64,000 bases of DNA from Candidatus Bathyarchaeota archaeon (GCA_963775685.1 CAVZJV010000014.1:512001-576000), one strand, 5' to 3'; shown: positions 33,871 through 44,747, counted from the stretch's first letter. The notes: a model not told the origin generated them from the sequence alone. A program made the numbers and translations.

Positions 33871-34953
33871 TTAGGTTACCGCTGTTGTTTGATCAATGAT
33901 CTTGGCCATTGGAGCATTATTCTTTACTGAGGCTATACCGTTTTCGGCTGACTCTCTTGATAGGTAGGATTGGCTTGCAGCAATTATCTCGCGGTTAGCA
34001 GCTTTCAGATTGAAACGGAACTTACCGGCAGCATCACAATGTATTTCAAAAGCAGGATCTTGTATAATCCCTTTGTTAGCAGACTCTGGCATATTTTCTT
34101 TCGCGGTGAAATCAGAGATCTTAGCTATTGGAGCATTCTTTTTTATTGAAGCAATACCCTTCAGAGCGGACTCTTTTGCCCCGTATGATTGGCTTACGGC
34201 AATTATCTGCCCGTTACCAGCTTTTAGATGGAAACGGAACCTACAAACTGCATCATAAAAGACCTCAAAAACTCCGGTCACTTTTGCAACTATTGGCATC
34301 TGCTCAGTTATCATTTCGGTGGGTGGCAAAGGTTCAGGTGTCGCCTCAACTACCGGCACGACCTCAGGGCTGGGCATTGGTTCTGTTGCTTTTTCAACAA
34401 CTGGTATGGGTTCAGCAGGCATCGACGCGTCTGGAGTTTTCTCAGCGATATGAGCCATCTTGGTGTGATCATCCATAGCTTGCTTGGTCATAAAGCCCAT
34501 CCCGCAAACAGGACAAGTAAGCTCGATATTTGGCATAAGTACTCTGTCCACAACATGGACTATACCGTTGTCCGTTATAACGTCTGTATTTACAATGTGT
34601 GCATCATTATTGATTACAGGGTTCATATGAAAATGCCATTTGCTTCCATCAATCTGAATTTCCTGACCTTGGATAGTTTTAGCGGTCTTCATTAGACCTA
34701 TTTCGTCAACGGTAAACTTTCCAGGAACAACATGATACATTAGAATCGCCTTAAGCTTTGGAATATTCTTCAATAGTTCATCAACTGACCCAGCGGGAAG
34801 CAATGAAAAAGCACGATCATCTGGCGTGAATATTGTGAATGGACCTGAGCCTTTTAACGTTTCAACTAATCCTGCAGCTTTTACTGCCGCAATAAATGTT
34901 TTGAAACCTCCAGCTGCAATAGCAATATCAACAATATCTTCCGTCATTTTCAC
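33871..34953 (-). CDS. Fasciclin (FAS1) + C2H2 Zn finger + Pro-rich linker + tandem DUF1508 (YegP-like) fusion
   Basis: GPFTIFTPDD...HVVPG...NGIVHVVDRVL; CPVC...HTKMAH; two FRFxLKAxNxxIIAxSQSY...GIASxKxNAP units. Confidence 0.88.
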   Translation of the reverse strand: MKMTEDIVDIAIAAGGFKTFIAAVKAAGLVETLKGSGPFTIFTPDDRAFSLLPAGSVDELLKNIPKLKAILMYHVVPGKFTVDEIGLMKTAKTIQGQEIQIDGSKWHFHMNPVINNDAHIVNTDVITDNGIVHVVDRVLMPNIELTCPVCGMGFMTKQAMDDHTKMAHIAEKTPDASMPAEPIPVVEKATEPMPSPEVVPVVEATPEPLPPTEMITEQMPIVAKVTGVFEVFYDAVCRFRFHLKAGNGQIIAVSQSYGAKESALKGIASIKKNAPIAKISDFTAKENMPESANKGIIQDPAFEIHCDAAGKFRFNLKAANREIIAASQSYLSRESAENGIASVKNNAPMAKIIDQTTAVT

Positions 34954-35392
34954 CTCCTCTTAAGAATCTTCAATTGCTTACAGTATTTAGTATATACTAA
35001 GCAAGTTAACATTGAATAGCTACACATAAAAGGTGATGTGATTGTGATGGAACAGGCACAAGATTGCTTATTACATTCAATAACCTACTGCTATGTTGAA
35101 AGTTTTGCGCTCGACTATACTTGACTAGTTAATTGTGCAGGTTGCTAAAAATCAGAAATGGAAAAACAAAATAGCGCTTGCTTACAAAGAAACTTTAAGG
35201 AAAGTTTCTTTTTTCTGGAGAAGCAGTGCTCCAAACATTAAAAAAAATAAATGGTTTAGAACTGAAAAAAGAGGCGGGAAAAAGTGGGGTCACTAAAAGT
35301 CAAAACTCTAAAAGAAAATATACTATACCACTAAAATCAAGCATTTACTAGAGCGAGCCGCGCGCGCTGAGCTTTTATTATTGCATTGAGAC

Positions 35393-35689
35393 CTATTTTC
35401 TAAATTCAGTAATTTCGTTGCTTTCACTTAGCTCTTTTAGCGATGGAGACACGCTCACAACATCGCCCACAGCTTGCACCATCCTAATAGGCATATTAAC
35501 TTTAGAGCTCCTAAACCGTTTCTTGAATCCAAGCTCTTCAGCTGCAGTATCCGCCAACTTCACGTGCAATGTGGCGATATTCCATGTTTTTTCATCGATG
35601 CTTGCACCCTTTACGTCGCCCAGTATGTATCCTCCCGTTCCGATAACTTTCTTACCTAGTAATGTTTCAAAACTGATCAAGCTGCCCAC
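35393..35689 (-). CDS. PRC-barrel domain protein
   Basis: LLGKKVIGTGGYILGDV...VQAVGDVV. Confidence 0.88.
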   Translation of the reverse strand: MGSLISFETLLGKKVIGTGGYILGDVKGASIDEKTWNIATLHVKLADTAAEELGFKKRFRSSKVNMPIRMVQAVGDVVSVSPSLKELSESNEITEFRK

Positions 35690-36388
35690 CAGTAGTAACC
35701 TATAATTAACTTAATCTTTAAAGTTTTCGAAATACGCTTGAACTTCATTCCAGATTACGACACATGGCCAGAAAAAATCAAAATGCACCAATATATTTCA
35801 TAAAGTAACCTTGGAAGTCTTCTTTGCTCTATGGAAGTAGTGTTTCTAACCTTCAAAAACATAAATGGTTCATTATGGTTTCCAGTAACCGCCTTAAAAA
35901 TAGTAGAAACGAAAACACGCCAGACAAACTCAAGAAGCAAAGCGCGAGACTGCGCCTTAAAAAATATTGAAATAAGCGTTTGTTCTTCACGTTGATTTCC
36001 ATACTCATAAGGCAATATTGCAAGTTCCTTGTTTAAAACGACTTATGCCTAATTTAATTCTCGCTTTTAATCAAAAAGGCTGAAACTCACTCTTTTAAAA
36101 GACTAACTATCTTTTCCCTCTTTGTTTAATTGCAAAAAGAATGGATTCTTGTCTAATTATACAATCGACCAAATTCTGGTTTGGTAAAACCAGGCTTAGA
36201 TAGATAAAGAATTTTTGTATTTTTGCGTTCCTTTTTTTAATCTCACAATTTCAAAACATCTAACTATAAAAAATAATTGACCATACGAGTCAGACTTGGC
36301 TGTTTGGATACCATGTTAGGAACATATAGCTCCGGCGAAGAAAAAATAAATAATAATAAAAAAAGGAAAAAAGGTTTAGGTTTTGATT

Positions 36389-39055
36389 TTATGCCCGTTT
36401 TCTAATTGACAGCAGTGCTAGAACTGCTCCAACTAATATTATTACAACTATTATTGCTGCAACTGCTGGCATGAAGTAAGTTTCAACCATCGACACTGGT
36501 TGAGTGGACGCTATTGGGGTAGCTATCGGTGCTTCATCTGCGATAAAGGCTGTTTGCGCTGAGGAGCCATAGTACGAGTTTGTACCTTTGAAAGTTGCAA
36601 TAACGGTGTATTTGCCTGCAATGTCTGGGGTCCATCCAAAGCTGTATGTGCCACTTGCATCGCTTATAGTGCTGCCTATTGTTCTATAGTTTCCGTTTGA
36701 GTCGACAACGTTGATTTCAACATTGATACCTTGGATATTTGTCGGCTTTGCGAATTGCTCGTAAACGTAGCTCATCCAGCTGGTCATGTTTCCGTCTGAA
36801 ACTGCAGGTACTCCATTTGGGAATCGTAGCTGTATAGGGGTTTGTTGCGTGCCTGGTGAGACATCAGTTACTGTTCCTCTTACAACAATGCTATTTCCAA
36901 CTGTAACTCCTGACAGTGGAGCATCAACGGTAACGGAGCTTGGGCCTTTGCCGAGTGCATAGATTTGTTGGTCGTAAGTGTTCATGGCTGCAATTATGCT
37001 GTCTCCAATGATTGGGTATCCACCCCAGTGGGTTCCACGTAACAATCCATCGGCTCTCCAGATGAGATCGCCTGTTGTTGCATTGAGGGCAATCATTGGT
37101 GCATCGGGTGGTAGAGATTGTTCGTATCCTGAGTGTTCAGTGTGGATTACATAGATCATTCCGTCTGCAATAAACATGGGATACAGCGGCCATTGTGAGA
37201 AGGTTGAGCCTGCAGCATATGGGTTGGCTGCTGTGTAACTCCATAAGAGTTTACCAGTCAAAGTATCGTAGCAATATAGGATTCCTGAGTAGCCGGCGGT
37301 ATAGTATTTACCGTCATAGATTTGGTTAACTGAACGGGAAGATGTCCCGGCGAGGCCCATAGTGTAGAAGTCTAAGTAATCGTGAGGTTGGCTTATCCAC
37401 ATGTAGTCTCCAGTTTCGGTGCTGAAAGCATAGTCTTGCCTTGTTTCTTTTTCACCGAAGACAATTATGCCGTTTTTAGATATGTCGCTTGTTGCTTGCC
37501 ATGCTATAGTTACGTTGCCTTGGGTCCAGTCTGCTGGTGGTGCCCAACTTTTACTGAATAGTAATTGTCCTGCGGTGCTCGGTGCTATGCTTATTGCCCA
37601 TAGGTTGACTCCTGCAGATGATGCTGAGCCGCCGAGTATTCTGTCATTTTGGACTCCATAGACTGCGCCAGGCAAGTTGGTGGGTATTGATACATTCCAC
37701 ATGAAGCCAGCATATCCTGTTGGCGTTAGGTAGTAGCTTGCAGGTTGTCCATTGAGGGTTGTTCCAGCGAGGCCAGTTCCGTTAACGATTTTTCCATCAG
37801 CGATCCATTGTTCTATGTCGGTGGAGCCAATTTCTTGGCTATTGTATAGAGCTGGTATGTTGGTTGAGTTCCACAGGGTAATGAAGCCTTTCGCTAAGTT
37901 TGTTGTGTAGATGAGGATTTCTCCGTTTTCGCCGAACACAGTGTTTCCTGAGGGAACACCATAAATAGCGTATACGAAGCTACCAGTGTATGGGTCAAAG
38001 GCGCACCATGTTGTTCCTGCAGTTGAGGGTAATCCTAGGAGGGGCAATGTTGCGCTGTTTGCTGTTGTCCATAGATATGGGTAGGTGCCGAGGAGGTTAA
38101 TTGAGTTCCATTGCATTAGTTGTCCGCGTGTTAGGGTGAGATTGTTGAGCAATGTTTTTGACCACAAAGTTTGGCCTGTGTGCAGGTTTACAGCGGTGAT
38201 TTGATGTATCTTTGAAATGCTTGGATATTCGTCGTAGTAGAGGTTTCCTAGCATTATAACACTGCCTAAGAATTTGCCTTGGTATGCGTCTCCTATTGTC
38301 ACTCGGTCGTTTGTTATGTCTCCGATAATTGAGCTCTCTGCTCCTCCGATGAGACCGCCACCGGTTAGGGGTCTACTCCAAAGTATGTGTGGTGCCTGCG
38401 GAGCAAAGTCGTTACCCCATGCGATGCGGTTGTAGGTGCCTGCATTGTTGGAAGCAGGAAGCCAGTTACCTCCAATGTTTTGCCAACTTTGGAATTGGTC
38501 GTTTATGGGACGAGTCCAGTATTCAGTTGGAAGTGGCTGGCTTTGGTAGCTGGGTATTGGTTCTGTTTGAACTGTTAATGTAACTGCTTCACTTAAGCTA
38601 GCCAGCATTGTCGTCCCGGCTGGAATAACCAGACCATTGGAGTTTATTGCGGCTGGATTTGTTTGTTGTGGGAAAGAGGACTGTAGAGTGTAGTTGCCAG
38701 CGACCGTGGGTGTGTAAATGGTAAATGACCCCCCAGTCGCATCGGTTCTGAACGGACCAATTGTCTCGTTAGTACCGTCTGGATGTGTAATGGTGACCAT
38801 GAGACCTTCCCAGCCATATTTTGGTGCTGCTAATTGATCAGTAATTCCCAAGCGAATGACGGTCTGTTGACCAACGCCGACAGGATTGGGGGTGGCGCCA
38901 ACGAAAGCATAGGTTTTGAGTTGTCCTTGGGCATCAGCTGTAGATATTGCGAATGCAGAAATAGCCGTTGAAGATAATAGAATCAAAGCCATTATAGTGA
39001 TTATGTTTTTTATTTTGTGTTTTTGCATTTTTATTTTCTCCTTAAATATGCTCAC
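36389..39055 (-). CDS. Large secreted PQQ-like beta-propeller surface protein with C-terminal TM anchor
   Basis: Signal peptide; PNPVGVGQ, PLPTEYWTRPI, repeated TGxxLW, GKGPS, NGVPAVSD, WTPDIAGKY; C-terminal TM. Confidence 0.9.
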   Translation of the reverse strand: MSIFKEKIKMQKHKIKNIITIMALILLSSTAISAFAISTADAQGQLKTYAFVGATPNPVGVGQQTVIRLGITDQLAAPKYGWEGLMVTITHPDGTNETIGPFRTDATGGSFTIYTPTVAGNYTLQSSFPQQTNPAAINSNGLVIPAGTTMLASLSEAVTLTVQTEPIPSYQSQPLPTEYWTRPINDQFQSWQNIGGNWLPASNNAGTYNRIAWGNDFAPQAPHILWSRPLTGGGLIGGAESSIIGDITNDRVTIGDAYQGKFLGSVIMLGNLYYDEYPSISKIHQITAVNLHTGQTLWSKTLLNNLTLTRGQLMQWNSINLLGTYPYLWTTANSATLPLLGLPSTAGTTWCAFDPYTGSFVYAIYGVPSGNTVFGENGEILIYTTNLAKGFITLWNSTNIPALYNSQEIGSTDIEQWIADGKIVNGTGLAGTTLNGQPASYYLTPTGYAGFMWNVSIPTNLPGAVYGVQNDRILGGSASSAGVNLWAISIAPSTAGQLLFSKSWAPPADWTQGNVTIAWQATSDISKNGIIVFGEKETRQDYAFSTETGDYMWISQPHDYLDFYTMGLAGTSSRSVNQIYDGKYYTAGYSGILYCYDTLTGKLLWSYTAANPYAAGSTFSQWPLYPMFIADGMIYVIHTEHSGYEQSLPPDAPMIALNATTGDLIWRADGLLRGTHWGGYPIIGDSIIAAMNTYDQQIYALGKGPSSVTVDAPLSGVTVGNSIVVRGTVTDVSPGTQQTPIQLRFPNGVPAVSDGNMTSWMSYVYEQFAKPTNIQGINVEINVVDSNGNYRTIGSTISDASGTYSFGWTPDIAGKYTVIATFKGTNSYYGSSAQTAFIADEAPIATPIASTQPVSMVETYFMPAVAAIIVVIILVGAVLALLSIRKRA

Positions 39056-39832
39056 TCTTTTGAGAAAGCAAACAATAATGTTAGGTTATAGACTTATAAC
39101 ATTTCTTAAGATTAACAAGATTCAACCCATAAAAACTCCCAAAAGTTTCACTATATAGCTTGTTATGATATCGTGAAAATCGTTAAGGCACAAGAAAAGG
39201 GCAATTCTAACTTCATCCTCTTTTAGGTGAATGTCTACCACAGCGCAATCGTGGTTTGATGTCTCATGGAAGGAAAATGGAATGCAGCATATTTGATTTA
39301 TGTTGCCAATAGCCGCATAATTAACGAAGCAGTAATTGTGGTCTTGTAAGAGTCCAATCTATAGTTGTCTGTGGACTTGTTTCCAAAACTCAAAATCACG
39401 ATTAATTTCGCGAACGGAATCAAAGAAAACATTCACATGATAACCACGCCGTTTCCTTACAACAAGAGACTTAATGTTCACTCTAACAAGTTTCCTTAGA
39501 AAATATTTAATTCATTTTTTAATTCTGCCCGCCTTTCGTTTCTGGGTTTCTGATTCCGTTAGAATATGGCTTTTTTTGCAAGTAATCAAAGTCATAAAAT
39601 ATTTTTTTGATGCCCCAGGTTGGGCTTTGTCTTTTTCTGATTAAACACGATAAATGCCGGTTCCTTATTTTCTGCGCATTCCTCGATGAATGGAAATATG
39701 TCTGCGAGGTTGTCTGCGAACCTTCTTTTCAGGTTCCCAAAATCTATTTCGAAATATTCCAAGAACTCTGGAAGAAACTGTTCTTTTATTATGTGGGTAT
39801 CCAGTACTTTTCCCTACAAACTTCTAAAGGTC

Positions 39833-40444
39833 TCACCATTCATCTCTTTTGCTAACGGCTTGTTTCTTTAGGTCCTCTTCTATATCCTGATAGATGTTTT
39901 TTGCGGTCGATGAAACCACTGTCAAACCATCACCTGCAACACTCTTCACAGTGGGTATCTTCACCAATCTTTCTGCTCTAGTTTGCGGTATATACTCAAC
40001 AGTAATTTCTTTCGATGAAAAGTTTAGCTTTTCACCTGAGTACCAAGGCTCATACATTTCGACTCTAATTAGATATTTTCCTGCCCCAATGCCTTTCATA
40101 TCCAAAAATTGTGGGACCTCCAAGCTTTCGCCTAGTAGTAAACTTTGTGGGATATTAAGCGATGTTGATTTGAGCAGATGCTCTTCGAAATATAGATCCA
40201 GAGCTATTTTTGAAAATGACGCGTTTGAAGGCATTAAGCTAAATTCAATCTTAAGTGCTAACTCGTCTTCTTTAGTTGTCTTGGAGATGCGGTTAATTAC
40301 TATTTCTTTTATTGGTGTGTTTGCTTCTTTTGTCCTGTTAATGTTGAATTGAAAAGAGAGGTCGTCTAGTGTTGATTGTTTTGCCTGTTTTATGGCGAGC
40401 TTCATTATCTCTCTTTTTTGCTGATTCTTAGTTAAGTTACCCAT
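39833..40444 (-). CDS. Hypothetical protein (beta-rich)
   Basis: 203-aa ORF with no recognised motif. Confidence 0.65.
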   Translation of the reverse strand: MGNLTKNQQKREIMKLAIKQAKQSTLDDLSFQFNINRTKEANTPIKEIVINRISKTTKEDELALKIEFSLMPSNASFSKIALDLYFEEHLLKSTSLNIPQSLLLGESLEVPQFLDMKGIGAGKYLIRVEMYEPWYSGEKLNFSSKEITVEYIPQTRAERLVKIPTVKSVAGDGLTVVSSTAKNIYQDIEEDLKKQAVSKRDEW

Positions 40445-40997
40445 ATTTTGTCAATTATTTAGTTTTACTTAATAGTATATTAGGTTCTTTCTTCGGTTAA
40501 TAATTGGATGTAACTTCTGCAGTTTTTGTTTTTGATTTGAAAAAGTAAGAAACAGCAACTTTAGAAATAGTCGTAGCTATTTCTTTTTTCTTATACTTAT
40601 TGAGGCTTCGTAAGGGAAAAATTGTTTATTAGTTAAAGAGCTAATATCAATGACTCCAGATCCATCCTTGAATACCAATGGATATTCCACGACAAGTATC
40701 TTAACAAATTCTTCCAAAGCATGCTTAGCTTGAGTATGCTGGATTCCCTCTGGCTCTGAAGACAGTTTCTATCACCTAGTTAAACTTACCCTAATTTTGC
40801 CTTTAAGCCTTTGCTTCCTTTGACTAACTAACGTCATTCTTAGTAGGAGATATTACACAAGGGTAACGTTGAAATAAAAAAATAAACTTCAGAAAACGAA
40901 AAAAGGTCTCTATAGGCAATCGATTGTAAAGAACTTAGAAGAATGTCCGGTCGATCTCAATTGCCGATCAGATCAGGGCGGCCATTTACACTTTAGG

Positions 40998-41615
40998 CTA
41001 AGACTCTTGATAGTCAACTGTTAGCTTACAAACCAACTCATAATGATATGGTCCTGCATCGATTTGTTTAATGACACAAAAACCGTTCTCGCCAAGAACT
41101 CGATTGGCCTCATCTTCCAAGAGGCGTTCTTTAAATGGCGGTCCATGATCAGTTTGGATCTTCTTCCAGTCTACATCAACAATCGTGGCTGTTGGTTTAG
41201 ATATGCGTCTAACTTCTTTAAAGAACACTTTCTTATCCGCTACCTCATGCAAAACGTTAGCGAATAAGGCAAGGTCAACGGATTCTTTCGGAATTCCAGT
41301 ATGGCACACATCGCTATTTACTGTTTTTATGATATTTGGGTTCACTTCTGAGTTGGCAATGTTTTCTTTTAAGCCATTTAGCATTGTCTGGCTGCTATCA
41401 ACAGCGTATACTATGCCTTTTTCTTCTGTCATCTGAGCCATTGGTATAGTAAAAAAGCCAGGTCCCGAACCCAAGTCTACTATAACCATTCCTTTCGTTA
41501 CCCCTATCTCGTTTAGAAGGGTTTGTGGATTATGCCATTGCTTTCTTTCTTCAGACATTAAGAACTTGACAAGGTCAATATGAGGGTCAATATGAGGGTC
41601 AATATGATGTTCCAT
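40998..41615 (-). CDS. Class I SAM-dependent methyltransferase
   Basis: Motifs VDLGSGPGFF, VYAVD, ANVLHE, VDWKK...GPP. Confidence 0.92.
   Translation of the reverse strand: MEHHIDPHIDPHIDLVKFLMSEERKQWHNPQTLLNEIGVTKGMVIVDLGSGPGFFTIPMAQMTEEKGIVYAVDSSQTMLNGLKENIANSEVNPNIIKTVNSDVCHTGIPKESVDLALFANVLHEVADKKVFFKEVRRISKPTATIVDVDWKKIQTDHGPPFKERLLEDEANRVLGENGFCVIKQIDAGPYHYELVCKLTVDYQES
41573..41607. repeat. 12-bp tandem repeat (GGTCAATATGAG, about 3 copies) encoding HIDP repeats
   Basis: Seen directly; the protein begins MEHHIDPHIDPHIDL. Confidence 0.85.
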
Positions 41616-41625
41616 TACTAACTCC

Positions 41626-42105
41626 TCAACTTTGCCTCTTTGGGTTCGAGCGTTTTTTGGTTCGCCACGTTAAGCCACTATAAATCGTAAACGCTAAAAG
41701 AACCACAAAAACCGCTGCCTTGATGACTGTGAAATCTATGATGGCAGAGTAAAGTGCAAATGTTGCTGGAAATGCCCCGATGTATAGAGTGTAGAATATT
41801 GCTGTGGGTAGTTTGTAGTTGTATTTGTAGTCTTTGAAGATGCGTTTGCCAAAGTATAATGCTGCTAAGCGTCCCATGCCATGAGTGCATTTTATGCAAT
41901 TGTAGCATGGACGCAGGCAACCAAGAATGTTCAGCAAACCATAAATTAAGATCAGCGTCACTACAAAAAATACAATACCGGCAGTTAAATCAAATAGTAG
42001 AAAAGCGACTGCGTCAAGAATAATCCATAAGAAAAGCGCGAGGTTGCCGTATATAACTAATTTTTTGGGGAAGAAGATTGGTCGACCATTTTTTGGTTCT
42101 GCCAT
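41626..42105 (-). CDS. Membrane protein with Cys motif CxxxCxxCxxC
   Basis: Four hydrophobic segments and GCLRPCYNCIKC. Confidence 0.7.
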   Translation of the reverse strand: MAEPKNGRPIFFPKKLVIYGNLALFLWIILDAVAFLLFDLTAGIVFFVVTLILIYGLLNILGCLRPCYNCIKCTHGMGRLAALYFGKRIFKDYKYNYKLPTAIFYTLYIGAFPATFALYSAIIDFTVIKAAVFVVLLAFTIYSGLTWRTKKRSNPKRQS

Positions 42106-42333
42106 GCGCGGCATATTGCAGTAGATGGGATATAAGGATTCTTTTAACAACCACTATTAATATTGTAGCATAAAGAGAATAACAAACTGGAATTTTGGCG
42201 TGGAGTTGTTCTCCCGATCAAGTCAGAAGCAACCGGTTATTAAAAGAAGAAGAAGGTTGAAAAATTTGCTCTTCTTCTTCTACCAATAAGATGCCTATCG
42301 ATCGGGGGTTTAGCGGAGGATTTGAGAGTTGGG

Positions 42334-42950
42334 TTAGTTATTGGCGGATAGTTTTTGCGATAGTTTGTAGCCGCAGGTTCCGCAAAGCAACCCCCATGAA
42401 TCATCAAACAAAGTAAACAGCCAGCCAGACCGCTGCTTTACGCCGCAAACAACACAAGACTCCACAGTATAGTCTGAGAGTACCCTGGTCAGTTCCTTGG
42501 TTTTAAGCAAAAGATATTGTGTTTCGACTTTGACGGGGTAGCTCTCGGGTGGATCGGAGCTTTTTTGGCTTCCATTATCTTCCCGGGGAAGATGAATTTG
42601 GCTATTTCCATCAAAGAGGCAGCCATTGGGTTCGGATGGTACCTTCCCATCGGCGTTTGGTTGTGTGGAGGGTTTGGTTTTTCTAAGCCGCTGTTTTGTG
42701 TATGGTTGAGGTTTGTTTCCTCTGGGTTGCTGACCATTGAGTGGTTTTTGGGTTAAAAAGCCAGGGCCCCATTTGACAGTGCTACGGGGAAGATGCTGTT
42801 TAGCCATGTTTTTAGGCTCTGCTGGTAAAAGAGGCAGATTTCATATTCACTTCCGAGATGGGCAAGATAATTGGGCTTCTCTTGCAGCAGCTTGTATTGG
42901 TAGGTTCGGTTGCTGCCGTTTCTTTTTTTAAATATCCTGCTGATGAGAAA
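42334..42950 (-). pseudogene. Fragment of a mobile-element protein with C-terminal Zn finger (CVVC...CGTC)
   Basis: Only the C-terminal part is coherent; upstream frames are broken. It lies at the island edge. Confidence 0.4.
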
Positions 42951-43136
42951 CAATGACCGATATAGCTATGTTATTAGCTGGAATCACTGGAGTTTCCTTA
43001 ATCGGTAGATTACTTTACTTAGTTCAAAGGTTACGAAGATGCAGATAATTTCTCTTGGCTAAAAAAGGAAGCGGATGCGAGCTGGTTTATTTCCCAAATT
43101 TTTCTTTAGCGGCAAATTCACTTAATTTTTCTATTC

Positions 43137-43733
43137 TCAAAAAGAGCCTGTTTTAACTTCTCCTGCTCGTTCATAGTCTGCGACAATTACACCCTTAGAC
43201 GAAGTTTTACTATCGGTTAGTTTGAACGCAGCAGGAATTGTGCCGTCGCCAAAAAGCCTCTTGCCGGTACCCAGAGTAATAGGAAATATTTTCAGCCATA
43301 ATTTATCTATCAGATCATGTTTCAGGAGCGTTTGAATAAGCTGGCTGCTGCCGTAAACTTGCAAATCAAGTCCATCTTGCTTTTTTAGCTTTTTGATTTC
43401 ATCCACGACATCACCCTCTATAAAGACCAAGTTTTTCCACTCGTATGATTTTAGTGTGTTGGAAACGACATACTTTGTTGCATCATTGATGCCCGGCCAG
43501 TCAGCTTCATGCTGTGGCCAGTATGACGCAAAAATCTCGAACGTTCTTCTTCCTAACAACAAGCTAAAAGGTTGCTTCATCTGTTCACTCATGACTCTGC
43601 CAAGCAAATCATAAAAATAGGGAACCGTCCAACCGCCGTATTTAAAATCGCCCGAAGTATCTTCCTTGGGTCCGCCTGGTGCCTGAATGACACCGTCAAG
43701 AGTTACAAATAATGCAACGATAATTTTCCTCAT
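43137..43733 (-). CDS. Dihydrofolate reductase-like (RibD C-terminal) protein
   Basis: Motifs VTLDGVIQAPGG, LLLGRRTF, YGSSQLIQTL, LGTGKRLF. Confidence 0.92.
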   Translation of the reverse strand: MRKIIVALFVTLDGVIQAPGGPKEDTSGDFKYGGWTVPYFYDLLGRVMSEQMKQPFSLLLGRRTFEIFASYWPQHEADWPGINDATKYVVSNTLKSYEWKNLVFIEGDVVDEIKKLKKQDGLDLQVYGSSQLIQTLLKHDLIDKLWLKIFPITLGTGKRLFGDGTIPAAFKLTDSKTSSKGVIVADYERAGEVKTGSF

Positions 43734-43941
43734 AGAAATTCTCCTTAACAACAATTAGATTGAATCTATAAAATAGTTTTTCATTTCAGACCAAGCGCAT
43801 CTCCCCTCAATGTACCACACTTTTAGGCTCAAAAGTAGCCAAAAAAATAACTGCTTAAAAAACAGAAGGGTCAGAGAATATTGTGTGTATTGGTAAGCTA
43901 CTGCAAACTTTTTAATAACTTTCCAAACTTAATGGTTAACT

Positions 43942-44012
43942 GCGAGTAAGGCCTATCCGAGGCAATGATGCCCGCGCTTGTGGGATGGAAGTATTAGGAT
44001 AGGGTTCGTAAC
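43942..44012 (+). ncRNA. Candidate small structured RNA
   Basis: TATA-like TTTTTAATA at 43909; stems CCTATCC/GGATAGG and CCCGC/GTGGG; T-tract downstream. Confidence 0.4.
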
Positions 44013-44047
44013 CTTTTATTTATCTAGCAAAAACGTTTTGTCATTCT

Positions 44048-44455
44048 TTATTGCATTGTTAGGATTTCTAGCATTTGGTTGACGGTTACGATTTTTGTTT
44101 TCTTAAAGTTGTTTAGTATCAAAAGGTGGTTGTCGCCTGTTACTATGTAATCTGCTTTTCCCGTATACGCGGCGTTGAGGACTACGTCATCGTCTGGGTC
44201 AGACACAACTTCTTTGAAGAGGGCGTTGTCGGGCACTATTTTAGCCATTTTCACCATTATTGAAAGAAACCTCTCAACTTGTGAGCCTGTGATGTGGAAT
44301 TTGTCTCTTCCCGCTACATCTGCAAGTTCAGCCAGCATTTGGCGAGATAGTATTACAGTGTGCTTGTTGAGAAGTTCAAGAATTAGTTTTCGGGGTTTTC
44401 CATCATGGATGAGAGCGGAAACCAAAACGTTCGTGTCGATGACTGCGCGAACCAT
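44048..44455 (-). CDS. PIN-domain toxin (VapC-like)
   Basis: Motifs VIDTNVLVSAL, DPDDD, IVTGDNHLL. Confidence 0.93.
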   Translation of the reverse strand: MVRAVIDTNVLVSALIHDGKPRKLILELLNKHTVILSRQMLAELADVAGRDKFHITGSQVERFLSIMVKMAKIVPDNALFKEVVSDPDDDVVLNAAYTGKADYIVTGDNHLLILNNFKKTKIVTVNQMLEILTMQ

Positions 44456-44456
44456 T

Positions 44457-44747
44457 TCATGCGCCCTGGTTGCCTCGTTTCAGGGCTCGGTATGCTTGGA
44501 TTTCGTCCAGAATCTCTTGTTCGGAGGGTTTCTTTTTTCCTTTGTTTTGCTGGTCGATTTCTTCGAAAAGATCCTTGAGCTCGACTAGTGGAGGGATTTT
44601 GAGTTTTGTCACGACAAGTTTGTCGTCTCTGCGATAAACAACGAGTTTCGTGTTTGGGGTTATGGCGAGTTCTCTTCTGAAGCGTTGAGGAATAACGATT
44701 TGCCCTTTGGTTCCGACGACTGCAACGTCTGACTCTTCTTGACCCAT
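44457..44747 (-). CDS. AbrB/MazE-type antitoxin
   Basis: VGTKGQIVIPQRFRRELAI; directly upstream of the PIN gene. Confidence 0.92.
   Translation of the reverse strand: MGQEESDVAVVGTKGQIVIPQRFRRELAITPNTKLVVYRRDDKLVVTKLKIPPLVELKDLFEEIDQQNKGKKKPSEQEILDEIQAYRALKRGNQGA

Noticed and set aside
42938-42960. Hammerhead-like CTGATGAGAAAC
   Set aside because: No stem II between CTGATGA and GAAA, and no flanking stems.
43961-43990. Fluoride riboswitch (GGCAATGATG start)
   Set aside because: The downstream pseudoknot partner and consensus elements are absent, and no gene follows on that strand.
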